DNA from: Octopus sinensis
Lineage: Eukaryota
Assembly: GCF_006345805.1 (NCBI RefSeq)
Contig: NC_043014.1
Location: 30,194,001-30,258,000 of the forward strand
Direction of reading: 5' to 3'
DNA length: 64,000 bases
Each line of letters begins with the position of its first letter. Positions within the stretch are counted from its first letter, which is position 1. The position numbers were made by a program, and so were the translations under genes. The notes below the pieces were generated by a model, which saw only the letters and a list, made by a program, of their open reading frames with translations, was not told the origin of the DNA and did not search any database. This document shows positions 27,011 to 38,885 of the stretch, one piece after another.

Positions 27011-27145
27011 CTCTTTCAGCTTCATCATTTTGCCATCCTTGCCACAGGAGACAATTTCACTGGGATTAACTTTCATTTGCTTTTTGATGAACCTCAGTAG
27101 ATGTTTCTGATTCATGCACGAGGATGCATGGATGTGTGTATCCAC
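27011..27145 (-). CDS. AMPD2: AMP deaminase exon (VDTHIHASSCMNQKHLLRFIKK...MKLKE), zinc-binding HxH motif
   Basis: Acceptor ctcttccAG, donor GAG|GTTATA. 135 nt, phase 0 to 0. Contains the hallmark VDTHIHASSCMNQKHLLRFIK. Confidence 0.97.
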
Positions 27146-27979
27146 CTGGAAGAGATTAAAGTCAAAGTAAAGAAATCGGTACAATAGAGCATTGGTAAGT
27201 TATAATGAAATTCGATCTTTTGACCAATACATGACTAATAAGTTATTAGTCATGTATTGGTCAAAAGATCAAATGTTATTAGTGATAACATTACACACAA
27301 AAACACACACACACAATGAAGGGAAAAATAAGAACTGAGCCTATGATTTCTGTTTATTTACTCATAATCTACACTGAATTGGTTGGTATTTCAGTAACTA
27401 CTGTCAGGTCGAGAACAAACATGGCCCAATGGTTAGGGTATTCAGCTCATGATCGTAAAATCTTGAGTTCAATATCCAGTGGCATGTTGTATTCTTGAGC
27501 AAGGCACTTTATTTTATATTGCTCCAGTCCATTCAGCTGGCAAACAAAAGTTGTACCAGTAATTCAAAGAGCCAATCTTGTCACATTTTGTTCTGCTGAA
27601 TCTTCCAGAGAACTACATTAATGGAATGCATGTCTGTGGAGTGCTCAGCCACTTGCACGTTAATTTCACAAGCAGGCTGTTCTGGAACTCTCATCATCAT
27701 AAACAACAGTGTGCTAGTTATTGTCAGGCCATTGAACTTGTACCATTATTATAAATAAGTTATGATGAATAGGAAAAGTTGCTCATACTTTAAAGAGCTT
27801 TGTTAAATTAATAGTGCTGATTAATAAAAGAAAACGAAAACAAGAACACAGGCACAACAAGGGCAATAAAAGATATACATAGGAAACAAGACAGGCTGAA
27901 ATATTAAAAATTTTGGTTGTTAACTGAATATTGATTAGAATAACCAACAACTTTTATAGACCATTCAATATTAATATAT

Positions 27980-28385
27980 ATAGGCGCAAGAGTGGCTGTG
28001 TGGTAAGTAGCTTGCTAACCAACCACATGGTTCCGGGTTCAGTCCCACTGCGTGGCATCTTGGGCAAGTGTCTTCTGCTATAGCCCCGGGCCGACCAATG
28101 CCTTGTGAGTGTATTTGGTAGAGGGAAACTGAAAGAAGTCTGTCGTATATATGTATATATATGTATGTGTGTGTTTGTGTGTCTGTGTTTGTCCCCCTAG
28201 CATTGCTTGACAACCGATGCTGGTGTGTTTACATCCCCGTCACTTAGCGGTTCGGCAAAAGAGACCAATAGAATAAGTACTGGGCTTACAAAGAATAAGT
28301 CCCGGGGTCGATTTGCTCGACTAAAGGCGGTGCTCCAGCATGGCCGCAGTCAAATGACTGAAACAAGTAAAAGAGTAAAAGAGTA
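27980..28385 (+). mobile_element. SINE family A copy
   Basis: Full length: tatata|ggcgcaagagtggctg...taaaagag|tat. Confidence 0.85.
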
Positions 28386-29424
28386 TCTATACACACACAC
28401 ACACACACATAAATATTTATATATAGTGATTAAATTATTTTGTTACAATCTGTAATATGTTTCAATCATACATCATTGACAAACATTCAACAATGTCCAA
28501 AGATGAAACATATTGAATTGCAGTTTGTAACAGAATTATTATACAAATAAACAAATACTAATTCTTGACATATATGTCTTGAGTCATTTGAGTTCTTGAC
28601 ATTGGCTAACCCCAGTCACAGACAATAGATGAGGCTTCTGTAATTTCTTGCTCAACAAATGATTTGTTTATAGTGATCAAAAGTTTGTGCAGTACATTAG
28701 TTCACAGCTGCCATCAAATTCACATTGTCTGTACAGGTGTATGGTGTGCCACATGTCAGATGTCATAGTGATTGCAGAGCAAAGTGAAATGAAGTGTTTT
28801 GCTCAAGAACACAATGCAATGCTTGATCTGGAAATCAAAATCATTGTTTTATGATTATGAATTCAATACTTAATTACGAGACCAAGCAGCTTCACAAATA
28901 GATATGTATGTATGTATGAATGTATGTATGGATGTATGTATGTATGTTTGTATGTATGTATGTATATAACTATGTTATGTTGCTGATGTCATAAGAATCT
29001 TATAAACTCTTGAGAGAAGGAAGAAGTTTTTTTGAAACATTGGATCTTGAAGCTCATCACTTAAAGCTATGAATAATAGCATGTAAATATTAGGTTGAAA
29101 AACCTTTTTGGATAGAAATGTTGACTCTTTCTATCCAAAAGTGAGTTTTTTCAACTGAATATCTACATGCTATTATTTATAGCTTTAAGTGATGTACTTC
29201 AAGATCCAATGTTCAAAGCAAAAAGGAAGAAAAAAAAGAATTAATACATAAGTATGAATGAATGCTTGTATGCACGTATCATCATCATCATAGTCTTTGT
29301 CTATTAAATCACTGCTTGACTCAATCCTAGTCTATTAGGCCTACATCTTTAGATCTTCCACCCCTGTCTCCCTTGTTCTTTGTTTCCTTTGTTTCCTTTG
29401 TTTCCTTTGTTTCTCCTCTTGGTT

Positions 29425-29855
29425 CTTGGTCTCAAGAATTTGTCTTATGAAGAAAGGCTGAAGACGCTCAACCTTTATTCTCAAGAAAAACAATGACGCC
29501 GTGGTGATTTCATTCTTGCTCACAACATCATAAGTGGAAAGTGTAACCTCTCAAAAGAGCTGTTCTTCACTCCTGCTCCAGAGCATCGGCTGCGGGGTCA
29601 CTCCGAAAAGCTCTATCTGCGACGATTTCATCTCAATCGAAGAAGAGGGGCTTTCTCCGTCCGGGTTGTTGATCCATGGAATAAGCTGCCAGATGAGATG
29701 GTGAAGATGCCGACGACCGCTCGGTTCAAAGTCTCCCTTGACCACAAGTGGCCTGAACTCTTTATATGAACACCACCCTGTACGTAACTCCATGTCCCCC
29801 TACATAGCCTTGCTTTTTGCTTTTTGAGCCAAAAATTAACTAACTAACTAACTTC
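29425..29855 (+). mobile_element. Second copy of the same CR1-like 3' fragment
   Basis: Closely similar to 4130-4568, with the same 5' start (cttggtctcaag) and (TAAC)n tail. Confidence 0.85.
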
Positions 29856-30577
29856 TACAAATTCATTCTATCACACACACACATTCTTTCACTCAAAACT
29901 CAGACACCATCAGCTAGCCATCAACACTAATGCACTCATCTCTCTAACATATATAAATTGATACTTTCAATATCTAGTCATCACATGCTCTGCTCCTTTG
30001 TGACATTTTTCTTCATACTGGTGAACATTAATCATCCAGTGACTTTGATTAACTCAATTCTTCTCATCTTTCACAAATCTTCCACATTCAAGGTCCATGT
30101 CTCACCACTATGCAAACATCAGATGCTTTACACCACATACTTCCCCATAATTATTTGTTGTTTGCACAGAGAATAAGAAACTTCCGTACCAACAGAGATG
30201 AGAGAACAGTCAAGGACACGTAGTTCTGGCTCAATCACCATCATCAGCATGATAATTAAGGTTGGACAATTATATAAGCATACCTGGGGCTAAACTATAT
30301 ATTTCTTTGCTGCCCACAAGGGGCTAAACATAGAGGGGACAAACAAGTACAGACAAACGGATTAAGTCGATTACATCGACCCCAGTGCGAAACTGGTACT
30401 TTATTTATCGACCCTGAAAGGATGAAAGGCAAAGTCAACCTCGGCGGAATTTGAACTCAGAATGTAACGGCAGACGAAAAACAGCTACGCATTTCGCCCG
30501 GTGTGCTAATGTTTCTGCCAGCTCACCGCCCTAAACTATGGGGCTAAACTATAACAACATTCAACAAAATAACTGAC

Positions 30578-30707
30578 CTTTCTGATGTTGTAGAAATCAC
30601 GGTGGGGCACTTCTTTCTGGGCAGCTGATTCCTTTATCTCATTCAACAAAACATGTAACTGGTACTTGTATGATAGATAACTCAGGCGCTGGTAAGAGAA
30701 TGATTTC
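30578..30707 (-). CDS. AMPD2: AMP deaminase exon ([43 protein letters not shown])
   Basis: Acceptor ttacAG, donor AAG|GTCAGT. 130 nt, phase 2 to 0. Contains the hallmark [11 protein letters not shown]. Confidence 0.97.
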
Positions 30708-31460
30708 CTGTAACAACAATTAACATCAGTTAACATCAAGAAGAATATATAAAGAACAATCTTATTCATTTGTGGTTCTTCAACCATCATCATCGTCATG
30801 TTTAAATATATGTAAAGTATGTCTAACCCTTTAGCATTTAAACTGGCAATATCAGGCCCAAATATTGTACCTGTTTTATGTTCCAAATGACTAGATCTGG
30901 CCTTTCACACCTACTCTACAATGTCATTCGAAAAATAAACAGTCACATTATTAAAATGTCAAAGCTACAAGATAAAGCATGATTAATTCAAAGCAATGTG
31001 AATAGATATGTATTACATTTGACAGCATAGTCTGAATGTTGAAGTCCTAAACAAAATTCTAATCCTATTTTTCTCACTATTTGTCAAATCAAACATTTTT
31101 AATGTTTTACTTTCTTTTATTTATATATGCATTTATTTATTTATTTGTAACATTTTATTTGTACTCTAAGTACCAGCGTGGATTCTAGGTGCTAGTGTAG
31201 TTAAAGAGTTTGTTTAGCAATTCCATGGTTCTGAGTTCCATCCCATAGTGAAGCAGTGGGATGGAACTCAGTGCTGGGTATGGGGGTATGATTACCTACT
31301 ATGTATATTTTCTATTTAGTACATCCCCAGTACTAAATAGGAAATATATGTAGAAGGTAATTATACCACCATACCCCTAGTTTATATTTATATACATGTA
31401 GAATAGTTAGTGGGCAGTTATGTAGATGTATGTATGTGTTCATGTGAGTGTGTGTGTGTA

Positions 31461-31492
<32 letters not shown>

Positions 31493-31714
31493 CATGCACA
31501 TATATGTATATGCAATGTATATAGGTAAATGGATATGAATGTAAGCAGATAGACACACAGATTGATAGATACATAGGTAATATGAACAGACAAGCACACA
31601 TATACACACACACATATGGAAATGAAGACTGAAACACATGACCATATACACACACACTTCACCTCACACAAGGACACATATGGAGACACACATCCATATA
31701 TACAGACACAGTAC

Positions 31715-32108
31715 AGGAGTGGCTGTGTGGTAAGTAGCTTGTTTACCAACCACATGGTTCCGGGTTCAGTCCCACTGCGTGGCACCTTGGGCAAGTGTCT
31801 TCTACTATAATCTTGGGCCGACCAAAGCCTTGTGAGTGGATTTGGTAGACGGAAACTGAAAGAAGCCCATCATATATATGTATATATATATGTATGTGTG
31901 TGTGTTTGTGTGTCTGTGTTTGTCCCTCTAGCATTGCTTGACAACCGATGCTGGTGTATTTATGTCCCCGTCACTTTGCGGTTCGGCAAAAAGAGACCAA
32001 TAGAATAAGTACTGGGCTTACAAAGAATAAGTCCCGGGGTCGAGTTGCTCGATTAAAGGCGGTGCTCCAGCATGGCCGCAGTCAAATGACTGAAACAAGT
32101 AAAAGAGT
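31715..32108 (+). mobile_element. SINE family A copy
   Basis: Near full length. Confidence 0.85.
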
Positions 32109-32131
32109 AGTACATAGTCTCCAAAAAAACC

Positions 32132-32166
<35 letters not shown>

Positions 32167-32467
32167 GCATGCACACACAAGGAGACAGAGGTACACAGAC
32201 TCACACATGCAAACACACATAAAAAACCCACAAACAGAAAGCACAAACACACAAACACATGAATATGAGGAATACATACAAACATATGCACATACATATA
32301 TACATATGCACATACACACACATACATACACACACACACACACTTACATGCATGCATGCATACATACATACATACATACATACATACATACATACATACA
32401 TACATACATACATGTGAATGCGCACACACATAGACCCACACACAACCACACAAACAAACAAAAAACG

Positions 32468-32694
32468 CAGCTTGGATAATGGACAGAGTCAATGACTATT
32501 GAAAAGGTCGCAAGATGCAACGAAAATTTTAGAAAAAATAAATAAGTAAACAAGTGGATATTTTACCAGTGAGTTTGTTAAATTATAAGGCACTAAAAGA
32601 GAATGACTCTCCCCAGACACAACAATCATCATCATCATCATCATCGTTTAGAAAAAATAAATAAGTAAGCAAGTGGAAATTTTACCAGTAAACA

Positions 32695-32747
<53 letters not shown>

Positions 32748-33115
32748 CCACTTGTTTACTTATTTATATATTGTTGTGTCTGGGGAGAATCATTCTCTTT
32801 TAGTGCCTTATAATTTAACAAACTCACTGGTAAAATTTCCACTTGTTTACTTATTTATTTTTTCTAAAATTTTCGTTGCATCTTGCGACCTTTTCAATAG
32901 TCATTGACTCTATCCATTATCCAAGCTCAGATCATATTATTCAGATTATTAGCGCTTTCTCCCATTCCAGTGATTTGAAAACCCCACTGGAATGGGAGAA
33001 AGCGCTAATAATCTGAATGATATGATATATATATGTAAAAAATGTAATATATAAATAAATATCTATAAACATGAACCATCCGATCTTCTGATTACCTTAT
33101 TTCTTCTAATATATA
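32468..33115. repeat. Cluster of fold-back repeats (~150-bp arms and a 42-bp-arm hairpin) anchored in (TA)n
   Basis: 32470-32625 is inverted at ~32770-32925; hairpin 32931-33026; 33000-33115 is the reverse complement of the repeat end at 15942-16070. Confidence 0.85.
32496..32532 (+). ncRNA. Minimal hammerhead-like fold, U3-A8 variant (mirror copy on the minus strand at 32864-32900)
   Basis: CTA-TTGAAAA-G-GTCGC-aagat-GCAAC-GAA-AATT-T-TAG; stem I is only 3 bp. Confidence 0.5.
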
Positions 33116-33125
33116 TATATATATG

Positions 33126-33164
<39 letters not shown>

Positions 33165-33481
33165 GATTGAAACCTGGTGCAGCCTCAAGACTTGCCAGTT
33201 CTCAATCAGATTGTCCAACCCATGCCAGCATGGAAAGCAGACATTAAACGACGACGACGATGATGATGATGATGATGATGATATATATATATAATGGGAT
33301 TCTTTCACTTCTCTATCTCCCAGATACCCTTACAAGGCTACTTAGTTGGCCCAGGGCTGTAGTAGAAGATACTTGCCCAAGATGCCATGCAGTGGGACTG
33401 AACCCAGAACCATGTGGTTGGTAAGCAAGCTACTTACCACACATCCATGCCTGCACGTATATAGATGAAAAGGAAACTTAC

Positions 33482-33701
33482 AATGGTCCATCACTGATAA
33501 GTGTATACATGATATTCTGATCATTTAGGAAAGTGGCACAGTCTGGGTATGTCCAATCAAATGGCTTGTCTTGATCCATGGATGCTTTATCGAGGTACAC
33601 TTTCATCACACCATTCACCATTTTGAACTCACAATTCACACTATTTGGCAGTATACAATCAAATGGATCTCCGTCAGTTCTCGGTGCATCAATCGGGTGA
33701 T
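33482..33701 (-). CDS. AMPD2: AMP deaminase exon (HPIDAPRTDGDPFD...NGVMKVY...YPDCATFLNDQNIMYTLISDGP)
   Basis: Acceptor gttttgcAG, donor CATT|GTAAGT. 220 nt, phase 1 to 2. GV..VY and YPD..F..D.N....I..GP pattern typical of AMPD. Confidence 0.93.
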
Positions 33702-35194
33702 CTGCAAAACAAACAAAAACAATAGTTCTCTCACATATACATTATATTGTGTGTGTGTGTAAGTGTGTGTGTATGTGTGTATGTGTGTGCATGTGCACAC
33801 GTGCGCCGTGCGCCGTGCGTGTGCGTATATATATATGTGTATCTTGCTGGTATTTCATTCATTGCTAACATATTTGTTTTTCATATGGTATGTATTACAC
33901 ATGTATACTCACTGGTTACCATTACTGATTTCCACACTATGCACCTTCACTAAATTATCTCCACCATTCCCAGAGATATCTGCTATAAATGGCTTCCTCT
34001 GTTCATTACTAAAGACGCTCACCACAGAAACATATTCAGACCAAAACAACTCTGTCAAGAATGGAGCAGTGTATTACCTGCACAACAACCCCCACTTTAT
34101 GACTACTGCACTAAATTACATTCCAACTAGTGAGAAAAAAATCCAATCAAAGATAAACATACATTATTTAACCCTTTTGTTACTATATTTCTCTTAATAT
34201 ACACTACTTTTGTTCTAATTGATTTTGAAACTAATGAATAATTTAGTGAAATAATTATATCATTATTAAACTAGTGTTTTGAAATTAAATTAATATAAAA
34301 GCTTGATGAAAGGTTTTAATTTAGCTCGTTTTAATTTAGTTTACATCACAAAACCAAACACATTTTTAACCAGGTTGGTTAAGGTGTTGCTATAATTTCA
34401 ATTACTCAAATGACTATATTTCATACAGTTTTTTTCTATTCTTTTAGCTAATAAACATTTTCTTCAGGTTGGTTTTTCTTTCTGACTTCAATGGCAGTCT
34501 GTCAACCTGCTAGCAGCGAAATTCCCTAAAATCTTGCTCTACCTTTTTAGAAATGGGAAGTCACAACCTTTCCTTCCTGTAGTATCTATTTCACAATCCA
34601 ATAAAAACTGTTATAATTAGTAAAATTAGGTGAACATTTTCAATGCAGGGAACATTAAAAAGGTTAACTAGAAGTAAAATACACAAGGAGAAAAAAAGGA
34701 CAATAATAGTTAATTGCTGGAATTATTTTCAATTTTTTGCATGTACATAAGACAACTCCATACACATTTTGGTCTTATTCTGACCTCATCAATAAATCAT
34801 AACCTTTATAACACTAGCAAATTATTGATTGGACAATTGCTAAATAAATGTACAAAATTATATATATGTGTATAGGTTAGTGGATGATGGCATCTTTGAA
34901 TCTGATATTATTACACAAGCCAAACTAAATTTCATCAAAACAGTCAACAAAAAGACAATTGATTAAGGTTTTTGACAGTGTCATAGAACTCCAATTTTAC
35001 ATTACCCTCAACGCCCTTCATGCACTGGCGATTGTTAGGGGTTGTATCTGATGCTGAAAGTTTATTTGATTATTTTTAATATTAATTATTCAATTTACAT
35101 TGAAAACAAAAAATATTATTGGTGTTGTTATACAAGTAACGATAACAATGCCTAGTAAGATGTTAAAAACAATGATGGTTATAATAAGAATTTA

Positions 35195-35226
<32 letters not shown>

Positions 35227-36239
35227 TTATATACTATTGATGGTCATAAACAAGTATAACTGGAATATTTTTGAGGATGATGATAATGATAATGAAACTT
35301 TCTTAATTATCTTACTTGTGCACACACCATATATTTATGTGATTAACAGAAATGAGTATTTGAATGATGGCAATAAATCAGGTAGTAGAAGGATTTGTTT
35401 ATATGCATGCCTCTTCAATGCTTGGTATCGCAGTGAAAAAAGAGAGGTTATTCTGAATCACATAGTTTTCATTCCTGAAAATCTTAACACTTTTTTTTTT
35501 TGTTATAGTTACAAGATACTCGTCAAAGAGTGAGAGAGGGAAAAAAGTCAACTTACTTGCCCACATTACATTACTGATAGGAGACTCACTTATGTGATAT
35601 AAGTAGAAAAATTTCAGTTATCCCATGCAATTAGTAGAATTAAAAAGAAATTCATCTAAGGGGTGATAAGAAACTAGAAAAAAAATCAAGGGAGGTAATT
35701 CCAGTAAACCTACTAATTCTACAATTTGGGTGTAATAAAGACAACACAGATGAGTGTGGATGTCATTTTTTAATATTTTATATTCCCAATGGAATGAAAG
35801 ACAAAAGCAGCCTTCGTGAGAATGAAACTAGTCTTCAAAACAATAAATAGCTATTGTGAAGTAACCAAATACTATCGTCTACACCATTCCACAATAATAT
35901 CTACAAGAGCCAAGAAAGGCACCTTAGATTGTCATTGAAACTGTTAGAACATAGCAACCAAATATCCTTCAAATTACACCCTATCATTAAAAAAGAAAAA
36001 ATAGGACACATCAGATCATTTAGTCCTAGGTATATACTACATCTGAGAAGAAAAATGGACAGTCATGAATGGGAAGTCTTTCAACATTGATAGATCCCCT
36101 CAATTAGAGGTGATCTGGGGGTTAAATAAAGTCAAAGTTAAGTGATTTACTTGTACTTAATGCAGTATAAATAATAAAGCATCGACTATTGACCAAATTT
36201 CACACTTTATCCATTCAGTCACTCCACCTCTAAGCACTA

Positions 36240-36800
36240 ATTATAGCCACTCACAAACAAACCATTAGAATCTGATAAAGGCAACAATCAACAGAGAGCA
36301 AATGTAGAATCTGCAGGAAAGGAGATGAAAATATCAACCACCTCTTAAGTGAATGCAGTAATCTAGCACAAAAGAGTATAAGCACAGGCCTGAGAGTGTA
36401 GGTAAAATAGTGCATTGGGATGTGTGCAGCTTTGAAATGACAGGAAAGTGATGTGAACATGAACTAGACACTGTGATAAAGAATAAGAAACCTGATATGA
36501 TAATAGAGGACAAAATGAATAAACAGCATAAGAGCATAGACTTTGTAATATCATATGGCAACAGAGTGGATGCCAAAGAAATTGAGAAAAATTGGGAAAT
36601 ATCAGAACACAGCCAGAGAAATTAAAAGAATTTGGAAGACTAAAACAACAATTATTCCTGTGGTAATTGGTGCACTTAGCATAACACCCAAACTGCTACC
36701 TAAAAGATAGAAAGATACTGAAACCGAGACTTGTATTATTGACCTGCAGAAAAGTGCAATCCTGTATTCTGCAGAATCCTAAGAAAGATACTTGAAACTT
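36240..36800 (+). mobile_element. Old R4/Dong-like 3' fragment
   Basis: Broken frames encoding KCRICRKGDENINHLLSEC..LAQKEYK.RH, KPDMII and IPVVIGALG-like segments. Confidence 0.65.
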
Positions 36801-36876
36801 AAAGAGACTTGTTGTCACCAAACCTCAAAATAAAATATCTGCTAATTAAATTAGCAGGTAATAGTTTTGGAATAAC

Positions 36877-36907
<31 letters not shown>

Positions 36908-37122
36908 GTTTTTTCTGCTATAGGCACAACGCCTGAAATTGCGGGGAAGGGCACTAGTCAATGTAATCGACTCCAATATGTAACTGGTACTTATTTCATC
37001 AACCAGGAATGGTTGAAAGGCAAATCCAACTTCGGCAGAATTTGAACTCAAAGTAAAGACAGATAAAATGCTGCTAAGCATTTTGGCTGGCATGCTAACA
37101 ATTCAACCAGTTTGCCGCCTTA

Positions 37123-37163
<41 letters not shown>

Positions 37164-37185
37164 CATGATCATGATGATCATGATA

Positions 37186-37209
<24 letters not shown>

Positions 37210-37220
<11 letters not shown>

Positions 37221-37590
37221 CATTCCATCCTTTGGAATTTCAGTGTTCAGACTGATTGGGAAATACAGGCGAACCGAGTAGATCTCATTGTGAAAAATCA
37301 TATTGTAAAGACTTGTCTTCGGATTGACATTGCATTCCCACCTGACTAAAACATGTCTCCGAAAACGTTTGAAGAACTGACCAAATATAAAGACTAGGAG
37401 ATTGGAATCAGAAGAATGTGGAATCTCAAAACAACAACATTACTTATTATTATTGGGGCACTTAGAATGATATCAAAAGGAATAAACAAATATGTAGACC
37501 AAATTCCTAGCAGCTCCAAAATAAGTGAAATTCAAAAGACTGTATTTATGAACACCTCACATGTTCTATGTAAATTCCACTTCATGTAAA
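37210..37590 (+). mobile_element. Old R4/Dong-like 3' fragment starting directly after (TAA)n
   Basis: SILWNFSVQTDWEIQANRVDLIVK...CLRIDIAFP followed by IIIGALG-like codons. Confidence 0.7.
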
Positions 37591-38154
37591 TGCAGTCTTG
37601 CTTTGTTCCAGTCAAAACGAACAGTTGGAGGTAAGTCGAACATTTAAAGAACAAAGACAAATAAAATATTTAAATGAAAGACAGATGATTGAAATGGAAA
37701 TAAAGTGTTATTGTTAAATGAGGAAAAAATCATAATGGCATAATACATTGAAAGAACAACAAAAACACCAGCAACAACATATCGATAACCAATCAGTTAA
37801 CATTTAATTCATTTCATAGTGAAATGGAACATATTTAGTGATTAAATTTTAGAAGTGTGAGTTGTATGCAATAAAGACAGGGAGACAACTTCTGTCAGAC
37901 CAGAGTTGTAAGGTAGGGAAGTCTATGAAAGTTGTATGACTATGCTATATGTGAATGTATTGGAGTTAAAATACTATAAGTAGAGTTGTTACTGGATTGT
38001 AGATGTAAATAAATGAAAGAATAAACTCAACAATAGATGGATGGAGAAGGACCATTCAACTAAAGAAGATTATTATATCATTTTATTCCCTTACAAGGTG
38101 TAAGGGAATAAATTTATGCGTAGTTATATGCATGTGTGTGTGTATGTGTGTATA

Positions 38155-38391
38155 CTCTTTTACTCTTTTACTTGTTTCAGTCACTTGACTGCGGCCATGC
38201 TGGAGCACCACCTTTAATCGAGCAACTCGACCCCAGGACTTATTCTTTTGTAAGCCCAGTACTTATTCTATCGGTCTCTTTTGCCATACCGCTAAGTAAC
38301 GGGGACATAAGCACACCAGCATCGGTTGTCAAGCAATGCTAGGGGGACAAACACAGACACACAAACACACACACACATATATGTATATATA
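38155..38391 (-). mobile_element. 3' half of a SINE family A copy
   Basis: Tail to central microsatellite; the matching 5' half is at 42430-42610 on the same strand. Confidence 0.8.
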
Positions 38392-38785
38392 CTAGCAGTA
38401 TCGCCCGGCGTTGCTCGGGTTTGTAAGGGAAATAATTATATAAGCATTTTTAGAGATGTAAAGTATAATAGCCATCTCAATATGGCTAACCACAAAGGGG
38501 GAGGGGTGTTACTGTAGCTTTTTACGTTCTGAGATTTAATAATAAATTTTAGAGAGTTACTTCCCTTATATATGTCAAAAATGGATTAAAAATGGGAAAA
38601 ATTGATGGTAAATTTTTTTTTAACTCGAGACTCATCGTAGACGCGCGCTAATACCCAGACGGTCTCGATATGAATCACGACTATAAGATACCCGGTTTTG
38701 GTTAAACTGCACCGCAAAATGTGGGAGTAGTTAGGAATCTAAATCGTAGGAGACAGACACACAACCTCACTTTTATATATAAAGA
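38392..38785 (-). mobile_element. Non-autonomous Helitron (family A, copy 1)
   Basis: Minus strand starts TCTTTATATAT and ends CCCGAGCAACGCCGGG hairpin + CGATACTG-CTAG. Inserted between A and T, no TSD. Confidence 0.85.
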
Positions 38786-38885
38786 TTTCCTCTATTTACA
38801 TAATATTGAGGTCTCTTTCTTTCTTTTGTTATCTTACTGTTTTTACCAATATACATATATATATATATATAAATATATATATAAT

